Virus record (IMG/VR): IMGVR_UViG_3300037751_000266
Span: 1 to 59,066 of that record
Length of the DNA: 59,066 nucleotides
Source of the DNA: a virus
Lineage: Duplodnaviria; Caudoviricetes
Strand: one strand, 5' to 3'
In this document: positions 57,633 to 59,066 of the stretch, piece by piece
Layout of the letters: every line of letters begins with the position of its first letter
How positions within the stretch are numbered: the first letter of the stretch is position 1
Notes under the pieces: model-generated
Databases searched by the model: none
Seen by the model: only the letters and a program-made list of their open reading frames with translations
What the model was told of the DNA's origin: nothing
Translations under genes and position numbers: made by a program

Positions 57633-57991
57633 TAACCGCAGCCGAAGTAAGAAAACTTTTCCCTAAATCAGACAACCTTCTTTTTGCCAAGACTTGGACG
57701 CTCCCAACTTATAAGCAAATCAAAGAAGCTGTTGCCGACAACATAAAACAAAGAGAATCACGTCGACTACTCGATCCAAATATCAAAAAAGACAAAATAG
57801 ACTGCGCTCGTAACGTCCTCGTTGCCGTAGCCTTGATGTGTGAATTTGATTGGCCTGTCTGCTTGGTTCAGATAAAAGGTCACGCGGTCTTAGGTGTTAT
57901 CGACGACACAAAAACAGTGCATTATTTCGAGATGCTGGACGGTGCAGAGATAGACCAGCAGTTAAAAATTAACCTTACATTTATGGTCTAA
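57629..57991 (+). CDS. Hypothetical protein, possibly transglutaminase-like Cys enzyme
   Basis: IDCA...GHAVLG...HYFE spacing; its 3' end also forms window bases 1-53. Confidence 0.5.
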   Translation: MITAAEVRKLFPKSDNLLFAKTWTLPTYKQIKEAVADNIKQRESRRLLDPNIKKDKIDCARNVLVAVALMCEFDWPVCLVQIKGHAVLGVIDDTKTVHYFEMLDGAEIDQQLKINLTFMV

Positions 57992-59066
57992 CATGAAAAA
58001 ACCCGCAATACTCTTTGTGCTAATCCTATTGTCTGGATGTGCAAAAGACTACAGGTATCTTGAAGACACGGCAGCCGTGGATATTTCCGACGCGCCGACT
58101 CTCGGAACCCCTGCACCAGAAGACAAAATACTCACCGTCAACTCAGGGAACACAGCAGGTAACCGGCTATCATCAATGACCTTTGACGAAGCTCCTTGGC
58201 TCCTTGCCACCGAAACCGCTCCCGATTCGACATTGTTTGGAGGTAACGAGCCAAGTTACTTCCAGACAGCTCTCACTAATCCGATTGTGCAAGCTGACGT
58301 TGATAGCGCCCCGACAGATGGAAATGCTAAACCGATTTCAAGCGATTGGGCGTATAACTTTTTAAACGGCATTGACCCGCCCGTACTGCATTCAGAAACA
58401 GGCACCGTTATTACCAGAAATGTAGAATCTACATTAACAGACAGCACAAACATTCCAGACAGCGCAGCCGTTATAGACTATGGAAACGCAAACTGGTTGA
58501 ACAGCGGGACGGGGTTAGAATCGCTCCCCACCGCTGACGACACTTTTTTGAAAGGCACCGGTACCGATACTTACGAATGGTCAACATACGAAGAATTAAA
58601 AGCGTCTCTCGGCGTACCGGTATCCGGCGCTGATTTTTATTCCACCTCAGCGACCGACGCACTTGTAACCCCAACCGAAATAGCCGGGAAGATTGCCGGA
58701 CAACCGATCGCCCCATCTTCAATTTCGGTCGCGCCAAACTCAACAGGCCCACAAGTCATTGAATTTGGCGAAGACACCGATGCAGGGCAGGACAAATACT
58801 CTATTGGCGCAAGTCCGGCCATGGAAACGCCATTCGGAGAGCTAGGTCCTGTACGTCCACCACAGGCGGGACAGATAAAACGATACAACGCACCTTCGCC
58901 TGTAACCGGGGCAGACGGGACGGTCAGGAATATGGCGCAGTCGTATTATGAGGATCCCGCAGCGGGCAACCTCGTTGATATGCTGGATTGGCCGGAAGGA
59001 TTAACTCTCGGTGATATTAATGCAACACTTGGCGCTGATGGTAATTTCCAGACCCAGCTTGATGAT
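57939..59066 (+). repeat. Terminal direct repeat, copy B
   Basis: Colinear with 1-1128. Confidence 0.97.
57993..59066 (+). CDS. Second allele of the 55-2253 lipoprotein gene (runs off the window end)
   Basis: MKKPAILFVLILLSGCAKDYRYLED..., open frame to the end. Confidence 0.85.
   Translation, partial: MKKPAILFVLILLSGCAKDYRYLEDTAAVDISDAPTLGTPAPEDKILTVNSGNTAGNRLSSMTFDEAPWLLATETAPDSTLFGGNEPSYFQTALTNPIVQADVDSAPTDGNAKPISSDWAYNFLNGIDPPVLHSETGTVITRNVESTLTDSTNIPDSAAVIDYGNANWLNSGTGLESLPTADDTFLKGTGTDTYEWSTYEELKASLGVPVSGADFYSTSATDALVTPTEIAGKIAGQPIAPSSISVAPNSTGPQVIEFGEDTDAGQDKYSIGASPAMETPFGELGPVRPPQAGQIKRYNAPSPVTGADGTVRNMAQSYYEDPAAGNLVDMLDWPEGLTLGDINATLGADGNFQTQLDD

Larger units (their letters stand above)
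1..59066. mobile_element. Complete or near-complete tailed dsDNA phage genome, podovirus-like
   Basis: Terminase-portal-scaffold-capsid-adaptor-nozzle-ejection protein order, no tape measure or sheath, replication/recombination arm on the opposite strand, ends overlap by 1128 bp. Confidence 0.95.

Noticed and set aside
1-59066. Stop-codon recoding
   Set aside because: Core genes are intact in code 11, all three stops end genes, and neither tRNA is a suppressor

Overview
The window is an apparently complete, circularly permuted genome (about 57.9 kb unit) of a tailed dsDNA phage with a podovirus-like layout. Bases 1-1128 recur without indels at 57939-59066 as a diverged allele. The rightward arm (about 26720 onward, wrapping to 11334) carries an RNA cluster, small accessory genes, terminase, portal, scaffold, an N4-gp56-like major capsid, adaptor/nozzle, ejection proteins (including a 2926-aa polyvalent protein), three exported proteins, a lysis cassette, fibre-like genes and a PHA synthase/depolymerase-like hydrolase. 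The leftward arm (about 26600 to 11361) carries NinB, ERF, a YqaJ exonuclease, a SNF2-methylase fusion, HNH nucleases, an initiator-like gene with iterons, a helicase and a primase. No integrase was recognised. The strongest unexplained signals are non-coding: (1) a solitary type I-C-like CRISPR repeat between a promoter and the RBS of a small-ORF operon (Racr/anti-CRISPR-like locus); (2) a 160-nt tRNA mimic with no anticodon loop at the head of the main rightward transcript; (3) four leader RNAs sharing a terminator/alternative-pairing architecture; (4) a palindromic operator over two duplicated promoters. All protein calls are by eye from motifs and synteny; no database searches were run.
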